From the NCBI GenBank assembly GCA_040754875.1, contig JBFMBT010000017.1:1-36071 (forward strand): 36,071 bases of DNA, read 5' to 3'. Source of the stretch: Verrucomicrobiota bacterium (GTDB lineage Bacteria; Verrucomicrobiota; Verrucomicrobiia; Limisphaerales; JBFMBT01). The position numbers were made by a program, and so were the translations under genes. The notes below the pieces were generated by a model. The model did not search any database. It was not told the origin of the DNA and was given only the letters and a program-made list of their open reading frames with translations. Positions 8,838 through 17,413 of this stretch are shown piece by piece; position 1 is the stretch's first letter, and every line of letters begins with the position of its first letter.

Positions 8838-9296
8838 ATGAACAACGAAACTGAAGCAAACGAACGCGAGGCAACTGCGCGCAGGCACATTATGGCGGGC
8901 TGGTGGGCCGTGTTGTTGTTTCTCACGCTGGGCATTGTGCTGGAGTTGTTACACGGGTTCAAAGTCGGCTGGTATTTGAACGTGGGCAACTCGACGCGCC
9001 GACTGATGTGGACGCTCGCGCACGCGCATGGAACGTTGATTGGGCTCCTCAACGTCGCCTTCGGCCTGACCGTGCGCCATTTGAACTGGCAGGGACGAAG
9101 TTTGGCGCTCGCCTCCACGGCGCTCCTTTGCGGTGCGATCTTGCTGCCCGGCGGTTTTTTCCTGGGCGGCGTCGTGATTTACGACGGCGACCCGGGACTG
9201 GGTATCCTGCTGGTGCCGGTCGGCGCGTTTGCTTTGCTCCTGGGCATTGGCCTGACCGCGCGGGCGGCCACGGCGAATGATCCGGCCAGAAAATGA
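8838..9296 (+). CDS. small integral membrane protein (about 4 TM), probably co-transcribed with the multiheme cytochrome
   Basis: It starts 7 nt after the stop of the upstream cytochrome gene. The sequence is strongly hydrophobic (WWAVLLFLTLGIVLELL..., LLVPVGAFALLLGIGL). Confidence 0.6.
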   Translation: MNNETEANEREATARRHIMAGWWAVLLFLTLGIVLELLHGFKVGWYLNVGNSTRRLMWTLAHAHGTLIGLLNVAFGLTVRHLNWQGRSLALASTALLCGAILLPGGFFLGGVVIYDGDPGLGILLVPVGAFALLLGIGLTARAATANDPARK

Positions 9297-9422
9297 GGCG
9301 TTGAACACCTTTGCCGCCAGAGGCAGAATTCCTACCTGGCGTCGACGCATGGACAATCCCCGTGGGTCAGAATGAAAAATCTGCGATGTGGCGAACAGGC
9401 TCCTGCCCAGTAAAGGCAAAAC

Positions 9423-10880
9423 ATGCTGAAATCAATCCTTCTTCTCGGTAGCCTTTTGTTGGCGTTCTCAGCCCACGCCGCCACCCGTCCAAACATCCTC
9501 TGGCTCGTGGGCGAGAACATCGACCACGACCTCGGCTGCTACGGCGAAAAGCTCGTGCGCACGCCCAACCTGGATCGCCTCGCCGCCGAAGGCATGCGCT
9601 TCACACGGGTTTTCTCCACGGCGCCAGTTTGCGCTACGAGCCGCTCCGCTTTCATGACGGGCATGTACCAGACGTCGATTGACGTTCACCACATGCGCTC
9701 GCATCGCGATGATGATTTCCGTTTGCCGCCCGGCGTGCGACCGCTCACACATCGGTTGCAGGCCCTCGGTTACTTCACGGCGAACATCAAAACCATCGGC
9801 GACCGTTCCGTCGGTACCGGCAAGCTTGACCTCAATTTTGTCAATGAAGGCCCCATTTACATGTCGGACGATTGGTCGGCGTTGAAGTCGCGCCAGCCGT
9901 TCTTCGCGCAGATCAATTCGCACGAAGTGGAATACGATATTTACGACCGCAAGTCCGCGAGCAAGCCGCGCGTCGAGTGGGTGGGGGAGCGCGAGCATCC
10001 GCAGACTGCGACCGAGAGGAACGTCAAACCGCCGCCGTATTATCCGGATCATCCGGTGGTGCGGCAGGAGTGGGCGCGCTACCTGAATTCCGTTTCGGGC
10101 ATGGACCGCCGCATTGGCTGGGTACTGGAGAAACTGCGTGCCGATGGACTTGAGGACGACACGATCATCATTTTCTTTGCCGACAACGGCCGCCTCGAAG
10201 CGCGCGGCATTCACTGGTGTTACGACAGCGGCTTGCGCGTGCCGATGATCATCAAGTGGCCCAAGAACTTTCCCGCGCCTCCGCAATACAAAGGCGGCAC
10301 GGTCAATGAACAGGTCATCAGTCTGTTGGACATTACCGCGACGACGCTTGCCTTCGCCGGTGCGCCGCGCACGATGGGCATACAAAGCCGCGTCTTCATG
10401 GGTGCGCAACCCGATGCGCCGCGCCAGTACGCGTTCAGCATGCGCGACCGCGTCGATGAAACGGTGCAACGTATTCGCACCGTGCGCGACGCGCGTTACC
10501 GATACATCCGCAATTTCACACCGGGACCCACGTTCGCCTCGCTCAACAGGTACAAGGAGAAATGTTTTCTGGTGATCCCGCTGATGCGCGAATTGCAGGC
10601 GCAGGGCAAACTGACCGGTCCGCCCGCCGCGCTCATGGCCATGCACGGTCCGAGCGAAGAATTGTACGACACACAAACCGATCGCTACGAAATCCGCAAC
10701 CTGGTTGCCTCCACCAAACCGGAACATCGCGAAGCCCTGGCACGCCTGCGTGCCGCGCTGGATACCTGGATCACCGAAACCGGCGACCTCGGCCAGTGGC
10801 CTGAGCCACCCGGCGTTGTCGCGCCCTTCGAAAAGGAAATGCACGATTGGTTCGGCACCCCCGCCTGGCACAAAGAATGA
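9423..10880 (+). CDS. secreted sulfatase (arylsulfatase family)
   Basis: It has a signal peptide followed by the sulfatase signature region PVCATSRSAFMTGMY and a family-typical layout (NILWLVGENIDHDLGCYG...). The Pro of the canonical C-x-P-x-R motif is replaced by Thr. Confidence 0.9.
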   Translation: MLKSILLLGSLLLAFSAHAATRPNILWLVGENIDHDLGCYGEKLVRTPNLDRLAAEGMRFTRVFSTAPVCATSRSAFMTGMYQTSIDVHHMRSHRDDDFRLPPGVRPLTHRLQALGYFTANIKTIGDRSVGTGKLDLNFVNEGPIYMSDDWSALKSRQPFFAQINSHEVEYDIYDRKSASKPRVEWVGEREHPQTATERNVKPPPYYPDHPVVRQEWARYLNSVSGMDRRIGWVLEKLRADGLEDDTIIIFFADNGRLEARGIHWCYDSGLRVPMIIKWPKNFPAPPQYKGGTVNEQVISLLDITATTLAFAGAPRTMGIQSRVFMGAQPDAPRQYAFSMRDRVDETVQRIRTVRDARYRYIRNFTPGPTFASLNRYKEKCFLVIPLMRELQAQGKLTGPPAALMAMHGPSEELYDTQTDRYEIRNLVASTKPEHREALARLRAALDTWITETGDLGQWPEPPGVVAPFEKEMHDWFGTPAWHKE

Positions 10881-10982
10881 TTGCGTAGCAGCCGAGGTGA
10901 CGAGGCGCTGGTTTTCAAATCACTGGCGGCGATGATGTTATTACCTTCAGGTATCGCGCGTCTCCTGGTCTTCCTCCCTCAA

Positions 10983-11006
10983 ACGCATCACGCATCACGC
11001 ATCACG
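10983..11006. repeat. tandem heptamer repeat (acgcatc)x3.4
   Basis: acgcatcacgcatcacgcatcacg lies immediately upstream of the first ABC-2 permease gene. Confidence 0.7.
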
Positions 11007-11067
11007 TCCGAATTCCCCTTTGCCAGAAACGCAAAATGCCATTATCTCCCTTCACGCACTTGGGCGT

Positions 11068-11871
11068 ATGGAAAAGTACTGGCACGTCATCAACATCGGG
11101 ATTCAGAACACCCTCGTTTACCGGATGAACTTCCTGTTCCGGTCGGTGTTCGGCCTGATTCCCTTGATGGCCACCATCTTCCTTTGGCGCGCGGTTTATG
11201 AGGGAAAGGACGGCGGCGACATCTCCGGCTACACACTGGCCAAGATGGTTTCGTATTATCTCATCGTCACCATCGTCGATGCGCTCACCGCCGTGACCGA
11301 GGACGACTGGCACATTGCCGCCGACATCAAGGACGGCAACATCAGCCAGTTCCTTATCAAACCCGTTGATTACCTGACCTATCGGCTGAGCTTGTTTTTT
11401 GCGGGACGGGCGGTTTATACCGCAGTGGCCATTTTCCCCGTCATCATCTTCATTTTCTTCCAGCGCGAATTCTTCGTCCTGCCGCCGGATGCTTTGACGT
11501 TCGTCCTGTTCATGGTGTCGATGGTCCTGACGGCGCTGCTACAATTCTTCATCTCCTACACCATGGCGCTGCTGGCCTTTTGGGTGTTGGAAGTCTCGAC
11601 GTTCATTTTCATTTTGTTCGCCATTGAATACATCGCGGGCGGGCACTTGTTCCCCATCGACATCCTGCCGCCGCTGGTGGCGAAGATCCTGTACCTGACG
11701 CCGTTTCCGTATCAGATGTTCTTTCCGGTGAGCATTTATCTTGGGCAGGCCACCGGCGTGGAACTGTGGCGCGGGCTCGCCATTCAATCGTTCTGGGTGG
11801 TGGCGACCTATTGCCTGGCGCGCTTCGTGTGGCATCGGGGGATTCGCAAATACTCAGCCGTCGGAGGATGA
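11068..11871 (+). CDS. ABC-2 family transporter permease (first of two)
   Basis: It is a polytopic membrane protein whose N-terminus (MEKYWHVINIGIQNTLVYRMNFLFRSVFGLIP) is typical of ABC-2-type permeases. The ORF track offers an alternative TTG start at 11020. Confidence 0.7.
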   Translation: MEKYWHVINIGIQNTLVYRMNFLFRSVFGLIPLMATIFLWRAVYEGKDGGDISGYTLAKMVSYYLIVTIVDALTAVTEDDWHIAADIKDGNISQFLIKPVDYLTYRLSLFFAGRAVYTAVAIFPVIIFIFFQREFFVLPPDALTFVLFMVSMVLTALLQFFISYTMALLAFWVLEVSTFIFILFAIEYIAGGHLFPIDILPPLVAKILYLTPFPYQMFFPVSIYLGQATGVELWRGLAIQSFWVVATYCLARFVWHRGIRKYSAVGG

Positions 11872-12719
11872 ACATGGACACGCCCGTCACAATCAACACA
11901 GCGGCCGCCAACGGTTTCCTTGGCAAGCTCCGGCGTTACGGAATCATTTACCTCGAGTTGTGGAAGAATTCGGTGATTCGCGAGATGCAATTCAAGACGA
12001 ACTTCATCATGTGGATTTTTGTCGAGCTGCTCTGGTTCACGCTGCAACTGACGTTCATCGGCGTGATCTACATGCACACCGACCGCATCGCCACCTGGAC
12101 CAAATGGGAGGTCGTGATGCTCATCGGCGCGTCGCACTTCATCCAGCAGTTATACACGGCCATCTTCCTGACCAACGTGGTGCAGCTTTCCGAGCACATC
12201 CGCACCGGAAAGCTCGACTTCATGCTGCTGTTGCCCGTGAACACGCGCTTCATCATTTCGTTCCGTCAGGTGGACTTGGGCGGCTTCGTCAACGCGGCGT
12301 CCGCCGTCGTGGTGATGGCCTATGCGGCGAAGCAATTGGAACTCGTTCCCTCAGCGGCGCAAATCTTCGGTTTTCTGATGCTCTGCGTGGTGGGCATCGC
12401 AATTCATTACTCGCTGATGTTCACGCTTACCGCCGTCAGTTTTTGGACCGTGCGCGCGCAAGGCATCGTCTGGGCGTATTACAACCTCTTCAACATTGCC
12501 CGTTTGCCGGATGCCGCGTTTCGGGGCTGGTTCAAGGTCTTCTTCACCTTCGCCATCCCGATGTTGCTGGTCACGAATGTGCCGGTGAAATTGCTCGTGC
12601 AAAAGCTTGGTTCACCGTTCGAAATGGTCGTGCTGGCAGGGATGGGCGTGTTGTGCGCGATCATTTCAGAAGGCGTTTGGCGTGTTTCGGTAAAACACTA
12701 CACAAGCGCGAGTTCGTAG
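11868..12719 (+). CDS. ABC-2 family transporter permease (second of two)
   Basis: The ATG at 11868 overlaps the upstream TGA in an ATGA arrangement, consistent with translational coupling. The product is a polytopic membrane protein paralogous in layout to the upstream gene. The in-frame region 11766-11867 is probably not translated. Confidence 0.7.
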   Translation: MNMDTPVTINTAAANGFLGKLRRYGIIYLELWKNSVIREMQFKTNFIMWIFVELLWFTLQLTFIGVIYMHTDRIATWTKWEVVMLIGASHFIQQLYTAIFLTNVVQLSEHIRTGKLDFMLLLPVNTRFIISFRQVDLGGFVNAASAVVVMAYAAKQLELVPSAAQIFGFLMLCVVGIAIHYSLMFTLTAVSFWTVRAQGIVWAYYNLFNIARLPDAAFRGWFKVFFTFAIPMLLVTNVPVKLLVQKLGSPFEMVVLAGMGVLCAIISEGVWRVSVKHYTSASS

Positions 12720-12754
12720 TAGATCGCGACCCTCGTTGTGTCCATTATTACCGC

Positions 12755-14170
12755 ATGAAAATAGCATTTGCATTCGTGCTGTTCATGGGTGTTTTGACCG
12801 CGGGCCGCTCTGAAACTCTCCCCACGGACGACGGCTATCGGGGCATCTGGTATTACAACCAGCCGTCCAAGGACGAATACAAATTCAAGTACAGCGGCGG
12901 CATGGCGACCTATCCGCAGCAGCACATCCCCATCGCCATCTACCGCAAGGAAGCCAACAAAACATTCTTTGTCTTTGGCGGCACGACGGCACGCAAGGCG
13001 GGCGACAAGCAGGAGCTGTTGCACATGGTTTCCTACTATGACCATGCGACCGGTGTGGTGCCGCGGCCGCGCATTCTCCTGAACAAAAAGACCGACGACG
13101 CGCACGACAATCCCACGCTGGCGATAGATGATGCCGGGCATTTGTGGATTTTCTCGTCATCCCACGGCACCTCGCGCCCGTCCTTCATTCACCGCAGCAC
13201 CAAGCCTTACTCCATCGAAGAATTCGAGCGCATTCAGGAAACAAACTTCTCCTATACGCAACCATGGTATCTGCCGGGGCAGGGGTTCCTGTTCCTGCAC
13301 ACGCGCTACAACGGCGGCAAGAGCCTCGGTCTGAATGCCGTGCGTTGCCTGTTCTGGATGACCAGCAAAGACGGACGCCAGTGGAACGAGCCGAAGATGC
13401 TCGCGGGCATCGTGCAGGGCGACTACCAGATCAGTTGGACGCGAGGCTCGCGCCTGGCGACGGCCTTTGATTTCCACCCGCAACAAGGCGGACTAAACGC
13501 GCGCGCCAATATCTATTATCTCGAAACGCGCGACTTCGGCCAGACGTGGCAGACCATCACCGGGAAACCGGTCACGCCGCCCTTGTCCACCGAACGGAAT
13601 CCGGCGCTCGTTTACGATTCGCGCCAGGACAAGGAGCTGGTTTACCTGAAGGATTTGAACTTCGACGCCCAAGGCAATCCGATCATTCTTTTCCTGACCA
13701 GCAAAGGTTACGAAGCGGGCCCGACGAATGATCCGCGCACCTGGCACACGTTGCGCTGGACCGGCAAGGCATGGGAAAAGCGCAGCGTTACGCAGTCGTT
13801 GAACAACTATGACCACGGTTCGTTATACATCGAGAGCGACGGCACGTGGCGCATCATTGGTCCCACCGAACGCGGCCCGCAGCCTTACAATCCCGGTGGG
13901 GAGATGGCGATGTGGGTGAGCAACGACCGCGGAACCACATGGGCGAAGGCACGCCAGTTGACCAGCGGCAGCTCGCGCAACCACACCTACGCGCGCCGCC
14001 CCGTGAACGCGCATCCCGATTTCTACGCCTTCTGGGCCGACGGCCACGCGCGCCAGTCGTCCGAGTCGTATTTGTATTTCACCAACCAGAAAGGAGATGC
14101 GGTGTGGCGTTTGCCCGCCAAGCTGAATGAGGATTTCGGTCGGCCGGAGCCTGCGGTTCCTCAGAAGTGA
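12755..14170 (+). CDS. secreted BNR-4 (sialidase-like beta-propeller) repeat protein
   Basis: The ATG at 12755 is followed by a signal peptide (MKIAFAFVLFMGVLTAG). The protein is rich in W/Y/G beta-propeller-like segments. The long ORF upstream of 12755 (11741-12754) overlaps the permease genes in another frame and is rejected. Confidence 0.7.
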   Translation: MKIAFAFVLFMGVLTAGRSETLPTDDGYRGIWYYNQPSKDEYKFKYSGGMATYPQQHIPIAIYRKEANKTFFVFGGTTARKAGDKQELLHMVSYYDHATGVVPRPRILLNKKTDDAHDNPTLAIDDAGHLWIFSSSHGTSRPSFIHRSTKPYSIEEFERIQETNFSYTQPWYLPGQGFLFLHTRYNGGKSLGLNAVRCLFWMTSKDGRQWNEPKMLAGIVQGDYQISWTRGSRLATAFDFHPQQGGLNARANIYYLETRDFGQTWQTITGKPVTPPLSTERNPALVYDSRQDKELVYLKDLNFDAQGNPIILFLTSKGYEAGPTNDPRTWHTLRWTGKAWEKRSVTQSLNNYDHGSLYIESDGTWRIIGPTERGPQPYNPGGEMAMWVSNDRGTTWAKARQLTSGSSRNHTYARRPVNAHPDFYAFWADGHARQSSESYLYFTNQKGDAVWRLPAKLNEDFGRPEPAVPQK

Positions 14171-14171
14171 A

Positions 14172-15788
14172 ATGTTACTACCGAATCAACATTCGCCAGC
14201 CCGGCGCAGTGTGGCAGTCGCGCTCAGCATTACTGTGCTCGCGGTGCTGGCTGTTGTCGTAATGTGGCGAAACAGTTTGTCTCGGAGCAACCAGTCCAAT
14301 GTTCCGGAGGCAGGTGCGGGTCCGGCCAACAAAGAAGGCGAGATCCTGGCCCAACAAGTGTGCGTCGGCTGCCATCTGTTGCCGTCGCCGTCGGACATGG
14401 ACCGGGACACTTGGGCCTTGCACGCGCTGCCCACGATGCAGATGTGGTTGGGGATTCCGCCATTGGATTTCAACGCTGAACCCGAAGGGCAGTATGTGAA
14501 GGAGTCAGGTGTGTTGACGACTGTGCCGCTCATTGAAATGGCCCAGTGGCAGGCGATCACAAATTACTATCTTCAGGCGGCTCCGGTTGAGCCACTGCCG
14601 CAGGCGGGAAAGCCGCCCGTCGGTCGCAGCCTCAGGCATTTTGAAGTCGTCTTTCCCGAATACCGGCGCGGCAAGCCTTCCATCACACTGGTCAAGGTGG
14701 ATGAGCAGGCGCCGCGCGTCTATTTGTATGATGAGGACACGACGAAATTGACATTGTTCAACGGCGCAGGGACAGGTCGCCGCGAAGCGGAAATACAAAT
14801 CGACGGCTCAGTGGTGGATCTCGTGTCACGGCCCGAAGGCTTTTATCTCACGATCATCGGGGAGGTCATTACCCCCTCCAACTACCGGCATGGCCGCATC
14901 CAATTCATTCCGCGGCCGAGCAACAAACCAGTGGCCATGCGCACGCTGGTGGACGAACTGCCGCGCCCGACCAGCCTTCAGTTTGCCGATTTCAACCAGG
15001 ACGGGCGCGAAGACATGGCCGTGACGTGTTTCGGCAATTTCGTCGGGCGTTTCTCATGGTTTGAGGGACTGGCCGATGGCGAATACAAGGAGCATGTATT
15101 GATCAATCGCGCGGGTGCGGTTCGAAGCACCGTGCACGACTTTAATGCGGACGGCCTGCCGGATCTGGTGGTGCTGATGTCCCAGGGGCGCGAGGGGATT
15201 TACCTGTTGCTGAATCAAGGGAGAGGGCGATTCGAGGAAGTGACAGTGGTTGAAAAGATTCCATCATGGGGATTTTCTCATTTCGAGTTGGTTGACTTTG
15301 ACAAGGACGGACGAATGGATTTGCTCGTCACCAATGGAGACAACGGCGATTCTACGGAATACCCGGCCGGACCAAAGAGCTACCACGGAGTGCGCCTGTA
15401 TCTGAACGAAGGGAACAATCGTTTTCGAGAAGCATGGCATTATCCGATGTATGGGGCTTACCGCGCCAAGGCCGTGGATTTTGACGAGGACGGTGACCTG
15501 GATATCGCGGCCATCTCGTTTTTTCCGGATTACCAAGGCGCATTCAAGGAATCGTTCGTCTATCTCGAAAACACGGGCAATCTCCAGTTCCAGCCGTCCA
15601 CGTTCAGTGAGAGCATTGCGGGGCGGTGGCTGACGTTCGATGCCGGTGATGTCGATGGCGACGGTGATATCGACCTGGTGCTCGGCGCGTGGAACCGATC
15701 GTTTCACGATGTTCCGGAAATCCTCGCCAAGGAATGGGCCTTGCGCGGTCCCACGGTGCTGATTCTCCGAAACACGTTGAAACCATGA
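14172..15788 (+). CDS. FG-GAP/VCBS (ASPIC-UnbV-like) repeat protein with an N-terminal CxxCH c-type heme motif
   Basis: It has an N-terminal TM/signal segment and then the motif AQQVCVGCHLLPSPSD. Further on it carries repeated DxDxDG calcium-binding FG-GAP-like motifs (FNQDGREDMAV, FNADGLPDLVV, FDKDGRMDLLV, FDEDGDLDIAA, DVDGDGDIDLVL). Confidence 0.75.
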   Translation: MLLPNQHSPARRSVAVALSITVLAVLAVVVMWRNSLSRSNQSNVPEAGAGPANKEGEILAQQVCVGCHLLPSPSDMDRDTWALHALPTMQMWLGIPPLDFNAEPEGQYVKESGVLTTVPLIEMAQWQAITNYYLQAAPVEPLPQAGKPPVGRSLRHFEVVFPEYRRGKPSITLVKVDEQAPRVYLYDEDTTKLTLFNGAGTGRREAEIQIDGSVVDLVSRPEGFYLTIIGEVITPSNYRHGRIQFIPRPSNKPVAMRTLVDELPRPTSLQFADFNQDGREDMAVTCFGNFVGRFSWFEGLADGEYKEHVLINRAGAVRSTVHDFNADGLPDLVVLMSQGREGIYLLLNQGRGRFEEVTVVEKIPSWGFSHFELVDFDKDGRMDLLVTNGDNGDSTEYPAGPKSYHGVRLYLNEGNNRFREAWHYPMYGAYRAKAVDFDEDGDLDIAAISFFPDYQGAFKESFVYLENTGNLQFQPSTFSESIAGRWLTFDAGDVDGDGDIDLVLGAWNRSFHDVPEILAKEWALRGPTVLILRNTLKP

Positions 15789-15867
15789 GGGGGGCAGAGT
15801 TTCCCTACTCGATAAGTGACAGAGTATTTTCTTGGTTCAGCGGTAACGCGGAAATATCATCGCGCGC

Positions 15868-16347
15868 ATGGTGTACGTTGGCATTGGTTACGATGTTCAC
15901 GAACTGGTGGAAGGCCGCAAACTCATCCTCGGCGGTGTGGACATTCCCCACACCAAGGGCCTCGACGGTCACTCGGACGCCGACGCGTTGATGCATGCCA
16001 TCTGCGATGCCATCCTTGGCGCGCTGGGCGAGGGGGACATCGGCCAGTTCTTTCCCAACACCGACCCACGTTGGAAAGGCGCGCCGAGCAAGATTTTCCT
16101 GGAAGAAGCCGCGCGCCAGGTCGAGCGCCGCAAAGGGCGGATTGTCAACATCGACGCCACCATCATTGCGCAGCGTCCGAAACTGGTTCCCCATTTCGCG
16201 GCGATGAAGCAAAACATCGCCACCGCGTTGAACCTGGATCCGAAGCGCGTCGGCCTGAAGGCCACGACCAACGAGAAGATGGGTTTTGTGGGCCGCGAAG
16301 AAGGCATCGCTGCCATGGCTGTGGCCGGTGTCGAACGCCCCGAGTAA
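15868..16347 (+). CDS. ispF: 2-C-methyl-D-erythritol 2,4-cyclodiphosphate synthase
   Basis: The 159-aa product shows IspF family conservation throughout (GIGYDVH, DGHSDADALMHAICDAILGA). Confidence 0.95.
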   Translation: MVYVGIGYDVHELVEGRKLILGGVDIPHTKGLDGHSDADALMHAICDAILGALGEGDIGQFFPNTDPRWKGAPSKIFLEEAARQVERRKGRIVNIDATIIAQRPKLVPHFAAMKQNIATALNLDPKRVGLKATTNEKMGFVGREEGIAAMAVAGVERPE

Positions 16348-16355
16348 TTTGACGT

Positions 16356-16640
16356 ATGGCTGCCAAGGCCGAAATCAGTTGGAAAGGTCGCACGGAGGAC
16401 GGGACCCGCCGCGAAGTCTATGCCCAGCATGTCGGCGATCAGTGGTTGTTCTACGCCCGGGAAAAGCGCTACGACCAATGGCAGCCCGTGGAGGAACCGC
16501 CCCTGGAAGATTGGCTTGAATTGCTGGATGCCGTCCAACGCCGCATCCAGCGGCGCTTGTTGCGTCCCGAGGAAAACATCCGGCTGCGCAAGACCATCCG
16601 CGAGCGCTTTCCGGAGGCGACGCTGCCGGACGAGGAATGA
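16356..16640 (+). CDS. small hypothetical protein (94 aa)
   Basis: It has an ATG start, and its stop overlaps the puuD-like start in an ATGA arrangement at 16637-16640. No recognisable domain was found. Confidence 0.5.
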   Translation: MAAKAEISWKGRTEDGTRREVYAQHVGDQWLFYAREKRYDQWQPVEEPPLEDWLELLDAVQRRIQRRLLRPEENIRLRKTIRERFPEATLPDEE

Positions 16641-17413
16641 CGATGAAACGCCGGCCACTCATCCTCATCACGCCCAGCAAACACGCCAAGGGCGCGGAAA
16701 TGGACGACGCCTCCGTGTGTGTCTCCGAGCATTATGCCAACGCTGTGCTGGCCGCGGGCGGGATTCCGCTGATTGTTCCGCGCATGACCGATCCGCAACT
16801 CGTCGCCGAATGCCTGCGCGTTTGCGATGGGCTCCTGCTCACGGGCGGCGATGATGTGAATCCAAAGCTCTACCGTGAAACTCTCTCGCCGGGATTGGAG
16901 AAAACGGTGGAGCTGGCCGACGCGGAGCGCGATTTGCAGGAGTTGATGCTCGTTGATGAAATTTTCCGCCAACGCAAACCATTGCTGGCCATCTGCCGCG
17001 GCCACCAGGTTTTGAATGTGGCATTGGGCGGCGATTTGATTGTGGATATTCCGCAACAGGTTCCGGGTGCGCTGAATCATTCGCGATCTGACCGCCGGTT
17101 TGACCCGGTGCATGATGTGCAGTTGACGGATGACTCGGTCCTCGTCAGTATCGCGGGAAGCAGCGCATTTGGAGTCAATAGTTCTCATCACCAGGCGGTT
17201 GGACGCGCAGCCCGGCCGCTGAAAGTCACGGGAAGGAGCGATGACGGGGTGATCGAGGTACTCGAACTGGCGGATGAAGCCAGGGCGTGGCTGCCATGGC
17301 TGCTTTCGGTGCAAGCACACCCCGAACGATTATTCGACAGGTATCCGGAGCACTTGGAAATATTCCGGAGATTCACCGGGGCCTGTGCAAATGGATTTAA
17401 AGGCGATAAATGA
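16637..17413 (+). CDS. gamma-glutamyl-gamma-aminobutyrate hydrolase family protein (class I glutamine amidotransferase-like, peptidase C26)
   Basis: It carries the catalytic context LLAICRGHQVLNVALGG...SSHHQAV. Confidence 0.85.
   Translation: MTMKRRPLILITPSKHAKGAEMDDASVCVSEHYANAVLAAGGIPLIVPRMTDPQLVAECLRVCDGLLLTGGDDVNPKLYRETLSPGLEKTVELADAERDLQELMLVDEIFRQRKPLLAICRGHQVLNVALGGDLIVDIPQQVPGALNHSRSDRRFDPVHDVQLTDDSVLVSIAGSSAFGVNSSHHQAVGRAARPLKVTGRSDDGVIEVLELADEARAWLPWLLSVQAHPERLFDRYPEHLEIFRRFTGACANGFKGDK

Noticed and set aside
9468-10871. 467-aa minus-strand ORF
   Set aside because: It is antisense to the sulfatase, which has a signature motif and a signal peptide.
11741-12754. 5' portion of the 809-aa ORF 11741..14170
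   Set aside because: It overlaps both ABC-2 permease genes out of frame. The BNR protein's signal peptide begins at ATG 12755, so the real gene is 12755..14170.
15969-17320. minus-strand ORFs of 229 aa and 283 aa
   Set aside because: They are antisense to ispF and the PuuD-like gene, both of which have strong family signatures.
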